Below are positions 60,891 through 64,000 of a stretch of DNA of 64,000 nt, piece after piece; position 1 is the stretch's first letter, and each line of letters opens with the position of its first letter. A program made the translations under genes and the position numbers. The DNA lies in NCBI GenBank assembly GCA_964639965.1, contig CAZXGI010000004.1, forward strand, positions 3,888 to 67,887, given 5' to 3'. The DNA is from an uncultured Rhodospirillaceae bacterium. GTDB taxonomy: Bacteria; Pseudomonadota; Alphaproteobacteria; Rhodospirillales; UBA2165. The notes beneath the pieces were generated by a model. It had not been told where the DNA came from. It was given only the letters and a program-made list of their open reading frames with translations, and ran no database searches.

Positions 60891-61523
60891 ATGACAGCAG
60901 TACGTAAGTTATTTAGGCCATTAAATTTAAATAAATACATAAAAATTGCACTAATTATTCTATGTATCACGATAATCCTTTGGTTTTATGGACTTATAAG
61001 ATTTTTACACATGATCCCGGATAAAATTACAAATGAAACCCAAACTACAGACGCTATTGTTGTGCTAACAGGCGGCAAAAATAGACTCAAAAAAGGTCTT
61101 CAGCTATTAACAACAAAAACGGCAAAAAAATTATTTATATCAGGCGTTTATCGCGGCAATGACGTTCGGCGATTACTCAAAATCCAACAACACAACCCAA
61201 CAGAGGTTTTATGCTGTATAAATCTTGGTTATGCAGCTACTTCAACAGCTGGAAACGCATTGGAAACCCACGAGTGGATAAAAAAAAACCAATTTAATTC
61301 AATCCAATTAGTTACGGCTAACTATCATATGCCGAGGAGTCTAATGTTATTCAAAAATGCAATGCCTAAAATAAAGATAATTCCTTCTCCTGTTTTTCCA
61401 GCACAATTTAAAAGAGCGGAATGGTGGGTCCAGCCAAGAACACTTTCGCTCATTATTAGTGAATATTTAAAATACTCTTTTGCAACAATTAGGAACTGGT
61501 TTGAACAAAAATGGGGCTCCTAG
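60891..61523 (+). CDS. YdcF/ElyC-like DUF218 protein
   Basis: 210 aa; N-terminal TM; AIVVLTGG and VTANYHMPR patterns. Confidence 0.75.
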   Translation: MTAVRKLFRPLNLNKYIKIALIILCITIILWFYGLIRFLHMIPDKITNETQTTDAIVVLTGGKNRLKKGLQLLTTKTAKKLFISGVYRGNDVRRLLKIQQHNPTEVLCCINLGYAATSTAGNALETHEWIKKNQFNSIQLVTANYHMPRSLMLFKNAMPKIKIIPSPVFPAQFKRAEWWVQPRTLSLIISEYLKYSFATIRNWFEQKWGS

Positions 61524-62275
61524 GGAGTTTGGTAAAATTCAAAATGATGTATTTTCGTTCGGGTTTATTTAATTTTTTATTTTTTAGTTGGACGGCTGTA
61601 GTTATCCTTCTCCTTTGGATTGCTATGCCGCTTTCTCCTTCGAAATTTCGGAGCGTTATCTCAATCTGGCCGAAAGGTTGTTTTGCTCTGCTAAAAATTA
61701 TCGGAATTACCTTTGAATTACGGGGACTAGAAAACGTTCCAAACGTCCCTGTATTATTTTCCGTAAAACACCAATCGGTATGGGAAACTATATTTTTTCT
61801 TTGGCATAATAAAGACAACGCTTATGTCATGAAATCAGAACTGGCCCGTATTCCTTTTTGGGGCTGGTATATGAAAAAAAGTGCCCACATTTTAGTGGAT
61901 CGGACTGGCGGCACAAAATCAATGCGTAGCATGATCAAAAAAGCTAAAGCAATTATGAACGATGGCCGTTCGATCATAATTTTTCCCGAAGGTACCCGCA
62001 TACCACCAGGTCGAATGGGCACTTTCCATCCAGGTGTTGCCGCACTTTATACACAATTAAATGCTACTGTCGTTCCTGTAGCCGTCAATACTGGTTATTT
62101 CTGGCCTCGCAGAAAATTTGTAAAAACACCCGGCAATATTATAATTGAATTTCTTCCACCCATTAAACCTGGAATCGACCGAAAAAAATTTATGATTCAA
62201 TTGCAAAACCAAATGAAAATGGCGACCGAACAGATAGAAAAAGAAGCTGAATTTAATGATTCAGAGCGAGAATGA
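61511..62275 (+). CDS. plsC: 1-acyl-sn-glycerol-3-phosphate acyltransferase
   Basis: Acyltransferase block VKHQSVWE and FPEGTR. An alternative ATG at 61544 avoids the overlap with the previous gene. Confidence 0.85.
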   Translation: MGLLGSLVKFKMMYFRSGLFNFLFFSWTAVVILLLWIAMPLSPSKFRSVISIWPKGCFALLKIIGITFELRGLENVPNVPVLFSVKHQSVWETIFFLWHNKDNAYVMKSELARIPFWGWYMKKSAHILVDRTGGTKSMRSMIKKAKAIMNDGRSIIIFPEGTRIPPGRMGTFHPGVAALYTQLNATVVPVAVNTGYFWPRRKFVKTPGNIIIEFLPPIKPGIDRKKFMIQLQNQMKMATEQIEKEAEFNDSERE

Positions 62276-62303
62276 ACTGAAAAAATCTTGCTGTTTTTAT
62301 ATT

Positions 62304-62329
62304 TTAAAAAAACCAATAACAGTTGGTTT
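62304..62329 (-). terminator. rho-independent terminator downstream of the GST-like gene
   Basis: AAACCAA-TAACAG-TTGGTTT hairpin. On the minus strand it is followed by a U-run (the A-run at 62306-62312 on the plus strand). Confidence 0.5.
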
Positions 62330-62386
62330 GCTTCAACCACTTTTGATAGCAATGCAAATTAATATAGACCAATATAAAGTATAATT

Positions 62387-63046
62387 TTATTTTTGAATAT
62401 TATTAAAAAAAATTATTGGACTGTCACCACCTTGCCACGCTGGGTATTTGTTCATAATCGCTCCAAAAATATCACTTGCTAATAAGTCGTTTAACCATTT
62501 TTGAAGTGCGCTAACAGGTAAAATATTAAACCAAGTCCGGTCTGTATTAGCAAACTGTCGAACGAACGGCATAATTGCGTAATCAGCTAAAGACGGTTTA
62601 GTGCCAAATAAATAATTATATTTACCCAAGCGCTCATTCAATAATCTTAAGAACCTTTCCCCCTCCGTCCGATACAACATTGGATCAGAGTTCTCATAAC
62701 GTTGAGCATATTTATAGTGATCCAGATTATACTTAAAATCCCCGTCAACATTTTTTATCAAATCCAACATATCTTCTAATTTACCGAACTCAGGGGTTAA
62801 CCAACCTAACGGATCATTTTGCTCTAATGCCCAGCACATTATCTCAAGGCTTTGTTCAATCACTAGCCCAGATGAAAATTCTAGAACCGGCACAGTACCC
62901 TTAGGGGATATATTGATAAGTTCTATTGGTTTATTATTCAGTAACACTTCACGAATCTCGCAAGTCTGACTGCTCGAAAAAAGCGCCATCCGAGCTCTCA
63001 TTGCGTAAGGGCAACGCCGAAAACTATAAAGAATTGGAAAACTCAA
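62387..63046 (-). CDS. glutathione S-transferase family protein (Cys-type, Grx2/omega-like N-terminal domain)
   Basis: 219 aa; N-terminal LYSFRRCPYAMRARMAL and TVPVLE patterns. Confidence 0.75.
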   Translation of the reverse strand: MSFPILYSFRRCPYAMRARMALFSSSQTCEIREVLLNNKPIELINISPKGTVPVLEFSSGLVIEQSLEIMCWALEQNDPLGWLTPEFGKLEDMLDLIKNVDGDFKYNLDHYKYAQRYENSDPMLYRTEGERFLRLLNERLGKYNYLFGTKPSLADYAIMPFVRQFANTDRTWFNILPVSALQKWLNDLLASDIFGAIMNKYPAWQGGDSPIIFFNNIQK

Positions 63047-63072
63047 ATCATACCCCTTAAATATGTAGTGGA

Positions 63073-64000
63073 TTATTCCAGACCCAAAAGTGGTTTGCTG
63101 CCAATGTGGATTTCATTTCGCGCATTCGCCAAGTCTATTTGTTTTTGCCGCTCAGCAAATCTCTTTTTTTGATCATCAGATGTAACCTCGCAGCATTTAG
63201 GGCAGCTAACTCCCAATTTGAATAACGGTGAGGACCTATCTTCACTATTTATGGCATGGCGACACGCATGACATAAATCATAATTACCTATCAACAAATC
63301 GTGACCGACTGATACACGTTCATCAAAAACAAAACATTCTCCTTTCCAAAGACTACTTTCTTCTGGCACTTCCTCAAGATACTTTAGGATACCTCCTTGA
63401 AGGTGGAATACGTCCTTATAACCTTTTTCCTTCAAATAAGAAGTGGACTTTTCGCAACGAACACCGCCGGTACAAAACATGGCAATCTTTTTATTTTTTA
63501 AAAAGTGATCGTTTTTTTTCACCCATTCCGGAAATTCTCTAAAGGATTTAGTATTGGGATCAACTGAACCAGGAAAACTACCAATTTCTATTTCATAATT
63601 ATTTCTAGTATCAATGACAACTACATCTGGGTTAGATATTAAATCATTCCAATCTAGCGGTTTCACATAAGTTCCAACAGCATTATTGGGATTCACACCG
63701 GGGACACCTATCGTTACAATCTCTTTTTTCAAACGCACCTTCATCCGTAAAAATGGTAGTTTGTTGGTATAAGAGGATTTATGTTCTAAATCACACAAAC
63801 GACGATCGGACCTGATATAATCCAAAATATTCGTGATGCTGTTTAAGGAGCCAGCAATAGTCCCATTGATACCTTCTTCCGCCAATAAAATCGTACCTAA
63901 AATTCCTTCGCTTAAAGACCTCTCAAGCAACGGAGCTTGAATATCTTTATAATTATCTAAGCTCGTAAATTGATAAAAAGCTGCAACACAGATGTTATTC
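63073..64000 (-). CDS. trhO: rhodanese-domain tRNA uridine(34) hydroxylase TrhO (YceA/UPF0176); 5' end likely just outside the window
   Basis: LLAEEGINGTIAG, rhodanese active site CTGGVRCE, C-terminal Cys-rich tail. The frame stays open to the window edge (..NNICVAAFYQFTSLDNYKDIQAPLLE..). Confidence 0.85.
   Translation of the reverse strand, partial: NNICVAAFYQFTSLDNYKDIQAPLLERSLSEGILGTILLAEEGINGTIAGSLNSITNILDYIRSDRRLCDLEHKSSYTNKLPFLRMKVRLKKEIVTIGVPGVNPNNAVGTYVKPLDWNDLISNPDVVVIDTRNNYEIEIGSFPGSVDPNTKSFREFPEWVKKNDHFLKNKKIAMFCTGGVRCEKSTSYLKEKGYKDVFHLQGGILKYLEEVPEESSLWKGECFVFDERVSVGHDLLIGNYDLCHACRHAINSEDRSSPLFKLGVSCPKCCEVTSDDQKKRFAERQKQIDLANARNEIHIGSKPLLGLE

Noticed and set aside
1-64000. Search for CRISPR arrays, IS elements, integrases, tRNA or rRNA genes and prophage genes
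   Set aside because: None was recognised by eye. No regularly spaced direct repeats, no transposase- or integrase-like translations and no tRNA T-arm consensus were found.

Overview
AT-rich, densely packed chromosomal segment. Gene content and synteny look alphaproteobacterial (gpmI-envC-ctpA-yibQ-rppH; metXW; chorismate mutase-hisC-tyrC; argH-lipoprotein-lysA; Zn-ribbon-ftsEX-DUF218-plsC). No rRNA, tRNA, CRISPR array, integrase or transposase could be recognised by eye. The left half (about 0.2-31.7 kb) is accessory metabolism. It holds an acyl-CoA dehydrogenase, a FAH / RraA-like aldolase / Fe-ADH / TauE / cupin / esterase block, a complete urease operon (ureDABCEFG) and a complete oxidative-type dsr cluster in the order dsrABEFHCMKLJOPN. 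Next to these sit tusA and an uncharacterised TauD-like operon. The right half (32.3-64 kb) is housekeeping: glycolysis, envelope, amino-acid biosynthesis, korAB and cell division. The observations most worth a second look are: (1) a peroxiredoxin-like gene split in the ORF track by an in-frame TGA exactly at the first Cys of its WCPYC redox motif, followed by a SECIS-like hairpin, making it a candidate selenoprotein; (2) a three-gene module (GBBH/TauD-like dioxygenase plus two translationally coupled small proteins of no recognisable family) wedged between the dsrA promoter region and a convergent tusA; (3) a perfect 12-bp inverted repeat overlapping a promoter-like element upstream of dsrA; (4) two unusually long gene-poor AT-rich stretches with gene relics and short repeats, in an otherwise very compact genome. 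All functional calls rest on reading the supplied translations for motifs. No database search was possible.
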